Origin: Nemertoderma westbladi
Lineage: Eukaryota > Animalia > Xenacoelomorpha
DNA: 43,329 bases
Assembly: GCA_032718475.1 (NCBI GenBank)
Contig: JAUCBJ010005303.1
Span: 1-43,329 of the forward strand
Reading direction: 5' to 3'
In this document: positions 11,157 to 22,532 of the stretch, piece after piece
Position numbering within the stretch: position 1 is the first letter of the stretch
Layout of the letters: each line of letters starts with the position of its first letter
Translations under genes and position numbers: made by a program
Notes under the pieces: generated by a model
Databases searched by the model: none
Told to the model about the DNA's origin: nothing
What the model saw: the letters and a program-made list of their open reading frames with translations, nothing else

Positions 11157-12350
11157 ATGGTAAAACCGGAAGATCCTACACATAGTCTGAGGTTTCTACC
11201 ACTAATAAATCCTCTCGATCTTGTCGAACTCGAACAACTGCAGATACATCTGGATCAGTTAGTTAAAGTAAACTCATTTCGAAAACCATATAATGTTTCC
11301 AGAATAGAGAAAGAAACAATACCTCCGTATAATCTTGATGGATTCATCAAAACTCGTTTAGTACACTGGAATCTTGACGTGTTATTCGAGGAGGAAACAT
11401 ATAATAATGTGGAAACATATACCACACAATATTTAAAGTATAGAGACCTACCTAATGCTAGCGAATGCGCTACCTTGTGGCATCCTGTGGGAATGACCCT
11501 CGAAAACGCCACTAAAGAGTGGAACGAAACTCTTAACGTCATCGAGATGTATGGAGTTGTCACTTACGATAACGAAGGTAGCGTTCCGGTTGGAGAACTG
11601 GGAACTACGCGGATGATACACATACGAGGACTCGCTGGTTCTACCCACGTATTTACTCGAGCGTGTTCCGATGTGATTGATTATTCTTTTGAAACTCTTA
11701 CTGAGACCCAAAAGAGACTCCGACATGGACAATTCGAGCTCGCGCAGCGTTATGTCGCCGACACTGAGCGCAAACCGGCCATGGGTATCGATGGATCGAT
11801 GTTACCCCAGCCCGTGCTCGAGATGTTGTTTAACGAAAGAATCCTTAAAATCGGCTCAGCTGTTTATGGAGACCTACAAAACGACTTCCGGAATATGGAG
11901 AACATTCCATACCCCTTCGTTGATACTCAGCTGATTGCTCCCTGGGCAGAAGGCCGGGGTTTCTTCCGCACTATGTATGCAAATACACCCATCAGCATTA
12001 CTAAAGTACAACGAACCTCCATTGGACATCTTGCCTTTCAAGAATACGGATGGAATTTCAAGGTTGGAAATCCTATAAATTACCAACAAGTATATGGAGA
12101 TCATTATTCTCGTTTATACTTTGATGGACCATTGACCGCACCTGGCGCCGTGTATAGCTTTATGAGTGTTCCACTTCGTCCCTCCTTAGCTATATACACG
12201 ATCTTTGAAAACGCAGCACTTGCCAGTTGGCTCGCCGATGTGTGCAGTCGTACCATACGCGCCCATCCCTTAATACTTGGAACCAAACTCGCCAAGTTAG
12301 ATGAACACAATAAATTCATCCGCTTCGAATGTTTCAGGCACGTTCCGTAA
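11157..12350 (+). CDS. Accessory ORF part 2: DEDDy (DnaQ-like, WRN/EXD2/Mut-7-type) 3'-5' exonuclease domain
   Basis: ExoI VVTYDNEG; LPQPVLEMLFNERILKIGSAVYGD (ExoII, matching LPxxLxxLLxxxxILKvGxxxxxD); FVDTQLIA; SIGHLAFQEYG; ExoIII-like PLRPSLAIYTIFEN. Confidence 0.75.
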   Translation: MVKPEDPTHSLRFLPLINPLDLVELEQLQIHLDQLVKVNSFRKPYNVSRIEKETIPPYNLDGFIKTRLVHWNLDVLFEEETYNNVETYTTQYLKYRDLPNASECATLWHPVGMTLENATKEWNETLNVIEMYGVVTYDNEGSVPVGELGTTRMIHIRGLAGSTHVFTRACSDVIDYSFETLTETQKRLRHGQFELAQRYVADTERKPAMGIDGSMLPQPVLEMLFNERILKIGSAVYGDLQNDFRNMENIPYPFVDTQLIAPWAEGRGFFRTMYANTPISITKVQRTSIGHLAFQEYGWNFKVGNPINYQQVYGDHYSRLYFDGPLTAPGAVYSFMSVPLRPSLAIYTIFENAALASWLADVCSRTIRAHPLILGTKLAKLDEHNKFIRFECFRHVP

Positions 12351-13659
12351 CGTTGATAGTCAGTTCAAGGACCGCGCTCTGACCAAACTCAGCCTAAGAG
12401 ACTCAGCTGCGGAGAAGCTAAACAGCGCGGGATTTGCCCTCTTTCAGGACGTTTGTATACAGAACTTACATTCATCTGTTATACAAAGACCCCGAATACC
12501 CACGGGTTATTCTGTCGTGGAAGTTCAGACAGTGGGTCCGCTTGCGGAGACAGCCGCACCTACCTCAGCTATGCAATTGGAAGACGAACCAATCTGCTTA
12601 GAGTCTGAAGCGATCCAGCCTACAGCGCCCCGGAGCAGCGATAACGATTACGTCTTGGAGTGGTATCAAGGTCCACAATGTCTCACCGCATACGATCATC
12701 GACACGCCAACTATGTTTCTCGAAAACGTTGTCGATTATGCGCATCGAGAGACCATTTCACCCCTATGGACTCAGACGTACCCTGCTCCTATTTCCACGA
12801 ACAACCGATGATGGAGATCTATTGTGTGTATTGCAGACTTAATAACTCGCATATTTTTGCAGTCTGCCCCCAATTTATGACCCAATGCCACCACTGTCAA
12901 CTTAAAGGACATGCCAGTTATAATTGCCCCTTTAACCGCGATTTAGAAAGCGTAGATGAGATGATTACCCTGCGCTACATCCGAGCTTGGGAAGCGAATG
13001 CGGATTTACATTGTGAGTCCCACCATCGCTACTACCCTGGACGCTCTTATGAGGGAGTTTACGCGTTCCATCCTTATTTATTCGCGTCTGTGGAACAAAA
13101 AACACGCACACCGAGTTACGAACTAATGAAGCGTGTTGGTGAGTGTATTTCCACCAAATTTGTTCGAAAATATCTTAGGAACGTCAATCCTAATGATATT
13201 ACTTCATACCATTTGATCAATTACATCCGTCAAGACCCTGAGTATGGCGATTTATTTATCAACTCGCACCCTGAGTTACAGGAAGTATCTCGACGGCCCT
13301 ACGAATATCGAGCCCGAGAACGCGAGCTGGAAAGAACCATTAAACCAAGGAAGTTTCTCACCACTCACGGTCCGCCTACCGCCATTGTCCAGATGACCCG
13401 TCAAGGACCCGTAGGAGCTGCTGTCCTAAGACGCGCCCTAAAGGCCGTTAGACCTCGCTCCACTGAAGTTGATATCGATCAACCAGGTACCTCGACTGGC
13501 GGATACACCGATCGTAATCCTAAACCTTCTGATGCAATTGTATTGCACCCTTCACCCAGGAGCTACAGCCCTCCTAGTAAAGTGGCTCGCCCCAAAGAGA
13601 AAAGGACTCTTGCTAGCCTCAAAAAACTGCGTAAACGCCGTCCGCGTAAGAAAGACTAA
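12301..13659 (+). CDS. Accessory ORF part 3: CCHC zinc-knuckle region with a basic C-terminus
   Basis: CRLCASRDH...C; CVYCRLNNSHIFAVC; CHHCQLKGHASYNC (C-x2-C-x4-H-x4-C); ends KKLRKRRPRKKD. Overlaps part 2 by 50 nt in another frame. Confidence 0.75.
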   Translation: MNTINSSASNVSGTFRNVDSQFKDRALTKLSLRDSAAEKLNSAGFALFQDVCIQNLHSSVIQRPRIPTGYSVVEVQTVGPLAETAAPTSAMQLEDEPICLESEAIQPTAPRSSDNDYVLEWYQGPQCLTAYDHRHANYVSRKRCRLCASRDHFTPMDSDVPCSYFHEQPMMEIYCVYCRLNNSHIFAVCPQFMTQCHHCQLKGHASYNCPFNRDLESVDEMITLRYIRAWEANADLHCESHHRYYPGRSYEGVYAFHPYLFASVEQKTRTPSYELMKRVGECISTKFVRKYLRNVNPNDITSYHLINYIRQDPEYGDLFINSHPELQEVSRRPYEYRARERELERTIKPRKFLTTHGPPTAIVQMTRQGPVGAAVLRRALKAVRPRSTEVDIDQPGTSTGGYTDRNPKPSDAIVLHPSPRSYSPPSKVARPKEKRTLASLKKLRKRRPRKKD

Positions 13660-13737
13660 CTGTTTAGAGTATTTTTATATTTTAGAAACTGTGATTTGTT
13701 ATATTTTATAGACTTAAATCCCATTTTCTGGGAGCGG

Positions 13738-14188
13738 TGTAAAGGCTTTTGCGGAATTAGCCGGTTATTTTCCCGGTAAAGTACTCTGTAGTTGGTTTAA
13801 CAGGCATAAAAGGCCGTGTCCTTACTGTACTGGTGTTTTAGAGGACATAAAAGTCATTTCTTCTGTATGTGTACTTTAGCGGACATAATTCGCAATTTTA
13901 TGACGCAATGCGCCAAATCCTCTGTAAACAGTGTAGCTACCATGACGATGGCTAACAGCTGATGCTGTACACGTGTAGCTTTTCTTTGTTCTCTGTTCCT
14001 TCTTTGTTCGGTCGACCAATCAGAGCGTTTTTTGCCTCTGTGTTAGAGATTGTATATAGAAACTTGTGGAGTTGAGTCAGTATGTGATTTGTCCACAGCC
14101 TACAACACCGGTGTGGAACCTCCGTGTTTCTGTCTTTAGCTCAACATTAGTAGGCTTAATTATAGAACGTATATCCGTTATCATAACA
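13738..14188 (+). repeat. Probable 3' LTR (~450 bp) of the BEL/Pao element
   Basis: Starts TGTAAA directly after purine-rich GGGAGCGG, ~80 nt after the last stop. Internal CCAAT and TATA-like tgtatataga. Ends ...CATAACA. No second copy in the window to confirm it. Confidence 0.55.
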
Positions 14189-14381
14189 CACTAACCCACG
14201 ATCATATCAATTTATACCTTAAGGACCAGCACTCCTATATGGAGTCTATCATACAGCAGGTCTGAGTTGCGGTTCGGTCCGGTAATACTGTAATACTGTA
14301 ATATAATCAGAATAGTGGCCTACTGAATCAAGATTGTCTACAGACTATCAGACTACAGAACCTTTCTGTATCTAACCAGAA

Positions 14382-16624
14382 ATGAATACCTCACAGGATG
14401 AGGAGGAACTGACGGAATTGAGTAACGGAAAATTAAAGACATACCTAACGGACCACGGGATCGACTCATCTGGCACCAGGGCAGAAATGCTCATTAAAGC
14501 TCTAAAATACATAAAATCACCTAAAGAGCAACCACAAGAAAAACTGGTAATAGGAGACACATCTTACACCATAACATTTCCAGGTAACGACAACATCCAA
14601 CAGAACAATTCATACTCTGCATATGATGATACCATCCTACATATTTGCGACGACAAAACGTCCATTCGGGATTCATTGGTATCCACAACTATCTGGGACA
14701 ACAGTTATACCGGAACAGGGCTTTGCCTTCCCATACAAACCCCCCCTCAGGCCACCCCTGAAAGAGATAATCTGGTCGAAAAAATAGAAATAGAACCCGA
14801 ATATTCGGACGGGCAAACGAAATTTACCCCGATATCAGCGAATATACCGGTAGGCCTACCTGCCAATTGTAGGCCAAGCGATACAGGCCTATGTCTCGAG
14901 GGACTTTTAATCAAGATATACGCAATGAATATACAGGTTCAGGAAAATAAAGATACTATTAGAATATTACAGCAACAACTAAACTTTATGTATAACAATG
15001 ATAACAGGAGGAGGATCCAACATCTGTGAGGAAAGTCAGCGACGGGGTTCTGACTTCCGGGATCAGCGACGGGGTTCCGAATTCCGGGATCATCAACGGG
15101 GTTCCAACTTCCGGGATCAGCGACAGGGTTCCGACTTCCAGGATCAGCGACGGGGTTCTGACTTCCGGGATCAGCGACGGGGTTCCAACTTCCGGGATCA
15201 GTGACGGGGTTCTGACTACCAGGATCAGCGACGGGGTTCCGACTTCCGGGATCAGCGACGGGGTTCCGACTTCCGGGATCAGCGACAGGGTTCCGACTTC
15301 CGGGATCAGAGACGGGGTTCCGACTACCGGGATCAGCGACGGGGTTCCGACTTCCGGGATCAGCGACGGGGTTCCGACTTCCGGGATCAGCGACAGGGTT
15401 CCGACTTCCGAGATCAGAGACGGGGTTCCGACTTCCGGGATAGGCGACGGGGTTCTGACTACTGGGATCAGCAACGGGGTTCCGACTTCCGGGATCAGCG
15501 ACGGGGTTGCGACTTCCGGGATCAGCGACGGGGTTCCGACTTCCGGGATCAGCGATGGGGTTCCGACTTTCGGGATCAGCGATGGGGTTCCGACTTCCGG
15601 GATCAGCGACGGGGTTCCGACTTCCGGGATCAGCGACGGGGTTCCGACTTCCGGGATCAGCGACGGGGTTCCGACTTCCGGGATCAGCAACGGGGTTCCG
15701 ACTTCCGGGATCAGCGATGGGGTTCCGACTTCCGGTATCAGCGACGGGGTTCCGACTTCTGGGATCAGCAACGGGGTTCCAACTTCCGGGATGAGTGAAG
15801 GTGTTCCGCCTTCTGCAGAGGCTGTATTTAATGTGATTCCACCGAGGAAAGCGTCGGGTTGGACAAATATAACATGTCTAATGTTCATGGATTCAAATCG
15901 TAGATATATATCACCACGACAAATAGATAAAAATGCCAGAATGATACCAACACCCACTACACAAGACTTACTAATAAATATCATGAGTGCAAAATCTAAG
16001 TATCCTAACATCGAAAAAATATATATACATACAGGTACAAACGACATAGACAACAAAAAATCACAAACAAAAATGTTTGGTAATATCAAGGAAGCTATTG
16101 AAATAATAAAAACTTCATGGCCAGATTCAAAAATTGTTCTATCATCAATCTTACCACGGAATGACTATCATTGTCATGATGTAGCATCGGCAAACGAACA
16201 TATTAATAAGATATGCAAAAAATATAACATCATATACTCCAAACATGAAAAAATATCCTCCATTCACTTGTATGATGCAAAACATATCTCACAACGTTTC
16301 ATACATCTACTAGCAATGTCCATAATACAACACTTGAATAAGAGACCAACGCAGCGTATACCTATGGTGATAAATAAGACAAATACGGATAGTTGTATAG
16401 ATACAACACATGGTCGGGAAGGGGCAAGTAGGGGGGAGGGAGCTCAGATAGGCGGCAGTGTTTCCTTTCGACGCAAAGTGTTGTTACCTACCCCTACCCA
16501 GGCGACCAAAACCCCTACCGAAACACCTAATACTTCATCGGCCAATATACCCATACCCAACAAACAGAAGTCACAAAAGGAGGGCATAATAAACGCTGTA
16601 ATCCAATTATTACAAGCGATGTAG
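14382..16624 (+). pseudogene. LINE ORF1: SAP-like motif, coiled-coil, repeat linker and SGNH/GDSL esterase; one frameshift at ~15005-15026
   Basis: LTELSNGKLKTYLTDHGIDSSGTRAEML (SAP-like); IQVQENKDTIRILQQQL; SGNH blocks FMDSN, HTGTND, LSSILPRND, DAKH. Confidence 0.8.
15034..15800 (+). repeat. 24-bp coding minisatellite, ~31 copies, encoding (ISDGVPTSG-like 8-aa unit)n
   Basis: Unit gatcagcgacggggttccgacttccgg-like, with the frame preserved through the array. Confidence 0.95.
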
Positions 16625-16860
16625 TCGTAATTGCATTGAATTTTTACTGGAAATACTATATACTAACTTGTTAATTATTCGTTAATAATTCTACATCATT
16701 CGTAAACGAAACTTTCAGGGCATCACTTATTATTAGTATATTCCTTTTCTTAAATATATATCAATGCCCAAATATTTCTTTAAGTATAAATAAATCAATA
16801 ATTAATAATGTCGAGTTAATATTATGTATTATTTTAAACATAGTCATATCTCGGGAGATA

Positions 16861-19800
16861 TTGTTAATATACAGAATCGTTTTAACTATTGTGATTATTT
16901 TAACATGCAAGATATTTGTGTCAATATTTTTATGCGCAATAATGGCCTTAGTTGTATTGTGTCTACATATTGGTATGGCGACTGTACTTATAATGATAAT
17001 ACCGTTACTGATTTTAATATATAAACCATTTTATTATGATATATTTTATTGTAGTAATAAGCGTCATAGGGCCAAATTGCAAATTGTCAAGTATAAAAAA
17101 AGTAGCGAGATAAGAAACTGGACAATAAATATAATAAAGCAGCGTCTACAAAAAGTACTGAAGATAACTGTAACCCTAATTGTTTTAATTTCTGTTCAAT
17201 ATAGTAATATTTCCTTATTCACCTATTGTCTAAATAACCATACTGACTTTATAACGAATATAACTATATTTTATGTAAGTTTAATTTGTGCAATATTTTT
17301 AATATCTGAAACGGAATATTTTAAGTTCAATCAAAAGAAATATGGAAAAAAAGGGCGGCAAATTAGGATAAGCCATAGAATTGTATTAATTATTATAAAA
17401 TTATATAGTACTATGGGGTTATATACTGCAAACACAACTCTAACACTGCATACTTTTACGGAATCTTTCAAAAATCTTCAAAGGATCAGAGAAATTGGAC
17501 CAACTAAAATGGGTTTAAGAATAAATAGAAAGCAAACGACAGAAATGATATATCAAATTATGTTACCATGTATTTTTAGTTTTCAGCTGTATCGTTCTTA
17601 TGTATTAGACACAGTTTTAATATTTATACTCACTTTACATATTCTACTACTAAGAGCAGGAGACATACACCCAAATCCCGGACCTGTACAGATAAACCAA
17701 ATGCACGACTTGAAAACATACTTACAAGCACATACCCATGGGACAATATTTATACACATAAATAGCCGCAGTTTAATTAAACACATGGATGATTTACGTG
17801 ATGCCTTAATGGGGTCCAAAAATGCCATTGTGTCAGTATCGGAGACATGGTTAAAACGTTACCATAGTGATAAGATTATAAGTATTAATGGATTTACAAC
17901 ATACCGCAGGGATCGCAAATCACGGAAGGGGGGTGGAGTAGTAACTTATGTGCCAGATGGAATAAATAGTAAAATACGTCACTACATAAAATCATGTAAT
18001 AGATTAGAATCCATATGGATTGAAATGGATGGATATTTAATTTGTACACTATATAATCCCCCTAGGGTCAAGAAATTTATTTTTTGATAACATATCGGAA
18101 GAGCTAGAACATGCATTAACATTAGAGCCAAATAAAAAAATCGTAATACAGGGAGACTTTATTATAAACATGTTAAAAGATAAACAAAATCCCAAAAAAA
18201 AAACAACTTGAAGATCTACTGAACTTATACTGTATATCACTCATAAATAATGACACCCCTACAAGAATAACAAAAACCACTGAAACACTTATTGATTTAG
18301 TTTGTTCCAACATTGATGCCAAATTAATATCTAATTTTAGCGTACTGCCTTGTGAATTCTCTGATCATGATTTCACTATAATGGAAATAAACCATAAGAT
18401 GAGTAACAGGATAAAACGACAGAACGAATGGGTAACATATAGAGATTTTAAAAACTTTAATGAAAATTTATTTAGGAATGAATTACAGCAGATAAGATGG
18501 GAATCGTTGCTCACGGAATTTGATATAAATAAACAATATGACATGTTTGAAACCAATGTAGAAATAATTCTGAATAAATATGCACCTTACAGAAGGAAAC
18601 TACAAACTAATAGTACATCTGATAAATGCAACAAAGATAGGGAATGGTACACTACAGAACTAGATAATTTTCAAAAAGAAAAATATGCAAAATTTATGCA
18701 GTGGAGACAGACAAAAACCGATTCTGTATATAAACAATATAAGAAATTAAGAAATAAATTTAACTCTTTAAACAGCAACTTAAAAAATAAATATATCAAA
18801 AATAAATTTTTGGAAGCAACAGACAGCAGGAAAAGGTGGCAATTAATCAATAAGATTCTCAACAACAAAAAAATCTAAACCAAATATACAGTCTAAAACA
18901 TCTCGGAAATATTATAATAGATAAACAGAAAATACTAAAAAATTTTTAATGATACCTTTATAAATCTTGGGAACTTTTATCCAAACATTCGACAAAACAT
19001 AAAACAATTTAACTCATCCATAAATAATAGAAATAGCATCGAAGAAAATTTTGCATTTAAATGTATAACACAAATTGAAGTCTTAGAAATAATAAATAAA
19101 TTAAAAGATAACAAATCTAGTGGGCCATCAAATATACCAATTAAAATTATAAAATTAATAGCAACAGATATCCTGGTACCACTGACATATATAATTAATC
19201 AAAGCTTGACCAAATCGATATTTCCAGATAAACTTAAATTAGTTAGTGTAACTCCAGTATACAAAAATGGTGATATTGATGATCCAATAAACTACAGACC
19301 GGTAGCAGTAACATCTCCTTTAGCTAAGGTTTTCGAAAGAATAATTTTTAACCAAATATATACACACATAAATATACACAATTTATTATACTCTAAGCAG
19401 TTTGGATTTAGAAAGGGGTATTCAACAGGGGATGCGATAACATATATAACAGAATCATGGCGGGAAAATTTAAACAAAGGAGAATATGTAGCAGTAGCAT
19501 TTTTGGACCTAAGTAAGGCGTTTAACTCTATAAATAGAAACTTACTCGTACATAAACTTACTAACATGGGTTTTCACAATACGGCAGTTGATCTCATAAG
19601 AAATTACTTAACTAATAGGCAGCAACGGGTTAAATTGGGTAGCACAAATTCTTCATGGCTGACAGAAACGAAAGGGGTACCACAGGGGACAATACTTGGG
19701 CCTTTACTATTCACAATGTACACAAATGACATTCCTGATATCCATACGAACAATACAAATATAATACAATATGCAGATGACACTGTGATATATACAGCAC

Positions 19801-20633
19801 ATGTAACTCCTCAAACTGCGGTAAATGTTCTAGAAACTGAAATTCTAAAACTAAATAAAACCTTTGAAGAACACCACCTCAAACTAAATCCATCAAAAAC
19901 TGAATTTTTACTACTCTCACCTAAGGAGAATAAATCAGAATCTGTTTTAACATTAAATATAGGGGGAACAAAACCAATATCTCAATCTCAATCAGTTAAA
20001 TATTTAGGAGTACAAATAGACAAAAAACTACAATGGAAAGAATATATGGAACATATCTTACAAAAGATGACTGTAAGTATTTCATGTTTGCGTAATATTA
20101 AGGGGCAATTAACAAACAGGACAAAGATACATATATATAAGGCTCTTACAATTCCATATCACAATTACTGTTGTCAGCTACTAATATCACTACATGATAA
20201 ATATGGTTATAAAGAAGCACTATACAAATTCGAAAAAGTTCAAAACTATGCATTACGGACAATATTTGGCAAAAAAATAAAAGATACGACTGGTACTGAA
20301 CTCAGGGAAAGAGCAAGAATTCCATTGCTGGCTGCTTTACGGGAATACTTTGGTCTTATATATTTCTTCAAATACATATATAAATTATCGCGACCATTCA
20401 AAACACTGCACTTACCTTTTCAATCTAATAAAAATCTAATTATAAACTCAAGAACAAAAAATATCAAGATTCCCAAAACTAAAAACAGATATGGACATGA
20501 AAGTTTAGTAGTAAATCTAATAAAAATCTGGAACAAATTGCCCAAAGATGCAAGGATCTGCACAGCAATAAACGCATTTAAAAATAAAATAAAATTACTA
20601 TATCTATATCAATATAAAAGAGATGATACATAA
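16861..20633 (+). pseudogene. LINE ORF2: hydrophobic leader, 2A-like motif, APE endonuclease and RT; several frameshifts
   Basis: LLLRAGDIHPNPGP; APE motifs HINSRSL, SVSETWL, RRDRKSRKGGGV, GDF, SDH; RT motifs NYRPVAVT, QFGFRKG, FLDLSKAF, GVPQGTILGPLLF, YADD, KYLGV. Confidence 0.92.
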
Positions 20634-21884
20634 ATATTCCGCGTCACTCCCTACCTTGTGCTTTGTTGTTCTATTAATTGTATTAGTGTAATTTGTAGTG
20701 TAATATTAGTTAAATATATGTCTTAATATTGGATAATAATTATTATGTATGTACTAGAATATAATGTTACATAGTAGCATTGGCGCTGTGACGCTTAATC
20801 ACTCAAATTATCAGTGTGTACTTTTGTGCGTACTGCCTCAATAGAGTTTTAGCTATATTGAGTTTTTAACGTGATTAAAAGAAATAAAACTAAACTAAAA
20901 CTAAACTTAACGTTTTACTGCTTTTACTGTCGGTTATTCATTATATTTGTTGATGGAATATTATATTTGGAATACTGATAAATAATCAGACACACCAATC
21001 TTCTTGATATACTAAAGGTTAGAGAGACCGGTTACATATAACAATTGCGACTTACATTAAGTGGTTTGAAGTGAATCTAATGCTATTTTATAGGCCCTAC
21101 ACGTATTGTCTGTTGTTCTCCTTATATGTGACTAAAATTAGTGAAGGTCGGCAGATTAGTGTGCAGCATTGTGCAGTATTGTGTATGATCGTGATTGATA
21201 ACAAAGCATCTCCTAAAGAATGCGCCATATACGTGAATCTATAGCCATCCCGTTGTGTCTAGTTTAAGTCATAACTCTGTTTATATATTTAAAGCGCCAC
21301 GTCCTAAAGGAACTGTTAATATTTCCCGAAAGTGAATAATATTTGTCAGAGATTATATATATTACGATCAGTCGGATAATACAGTAGGCCTACCCCGCAA
21401 TACGGTTAGGCTTCCGAACCCAGTCTCCCGGGTATATCCAGAGGGTGAATGATCGCGCATAGACTGGCTTCGGCTAATGTAGTGTATCAAATACTTGTCA
21501 TAGGTTAAAGACTATCTATCATCTAAAAGACATCCCAATTTGGCAGGTTAAACTGCTAAAGGTCTGAAAGCGCGAACAGTCTGTCACAAAATCTATACTC
21601 ACCATACGATATTGCAGTGGGAATAAAGGCAGTGCAATAAATTGCAGTGATCATGGAATGATCTAAAAACTTCATGGTACAATGGAATGGCCTTTGTAAA
21701 TTTTTTCCCATTGGTCCGAGGCAGAACGCTGAACTGCATAAGGAATGACAACAATGAGAGGAATCTTCTTATCTTTTGATACGGATTCTAGGAGGGCATG
21801 CCCCTTACCACTGTTCATTAAATGGTTGAATTCATTGGCCTGTGATATAAACTTTTGAAACATCTGAAATGCAACTTCGGAACC

Positions 21885-22400
21885 ACCAATTTGGAAGTCA
21901 CCGAGAATTAATCGGAAACTTAAGGTCTGATTATTTAGAGCAGCAGTAGTTCCAGTACTCATCTATGGGAGTCCATGCTTGGCTCTAACTGCTGAGGACA
22001 CCAAATCTCTGGATGGCACATTCACAAGAATGCTACACCGGGTTCATTGTGTCAATGCACACATCTCCAACCAGACACTATATAACATTGGAGGTGTCTC
22101 ATTGGTTCCCCCAAGCTTGACACTAGGACAAAATCACCTCCGCTTTGCAGGACATTGCTATCGCTGTAAGGACCAGCCAGTGCATAATGTTGTACTTTGG
22201 CAGCCTCATGGAGTGAATAAGCATGATGGACAGCCCATGACTTTCTTGAGACGCATCTTAAAGGACACTGGCCTTGAATATGCGGATGATCTAGCAAATG
22301 TCATGGGTGATAGGGAATTGTGGCGGCGCAATTTTGTCGCCAAGCCAGCATAGCATTCTTAAAAATGCAGCTGCAATGCAGCATGTCAGCAATGCAGCTG
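21885..22400 (+). mobile_element. 3' fragment of an RTE-clade non-LTR retrotransposon
   Basis: LYGSPCLALT...DGTFTRML...LRFAGHCYR...VVLWQP...DRELWR followed by a short gcagc-type repeat tail. Same family as 41553-41930. Confidence 0.8.
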
Positions 22401-22532
22401 CTAGTAGTCGGAACCATCGATTATATGTTTTAGTTTATTATCATAAATAACATCAGTTACCACTAAATTTAATAAATGTGCAGCATTAAATCAAATCAAA
22501 TATAATTTCTAATCAAATCAATCAAACCTGAT

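Larger units (their letters stand above)
2855..14188 (+). mobile_element. BEL/Pao LTR retrotransposon: 5' LTR missing, internally deleted gag-pol, large 3' accessory ORF, probable 3' LTR
   Basis: BEL-type RT/RNase H/integrase motifs at 4540-7770. Further ORFs lie downstream on the same strand, followed by a purine tract and a TGT...ACA segment. Confidence 0.8.
14190..20906 (+). mobile_element. Near full-length CR1/L2-group (Crack/Daphne-like) non-LTR retrotransposon
   Basis: Esterase-type ORF1, APE-RT ORF2, and a 3' UTR ending in aataaaac followed by (taaac)n at 20883-20906. Confidence 0.85.

Noticed and set aside
9426-13659. env gene of the BEL/Pao element
   Set aside because: No signal peptide, TM anchor or glycoprotein-like Cys pattern; motifs indicate a nuclease and zinc knuckles
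14986-16089. 367-aa minus-strand ORF
   Set aside because: Antisense shadow of the stop-free 24-bp minisatellite and ORF1
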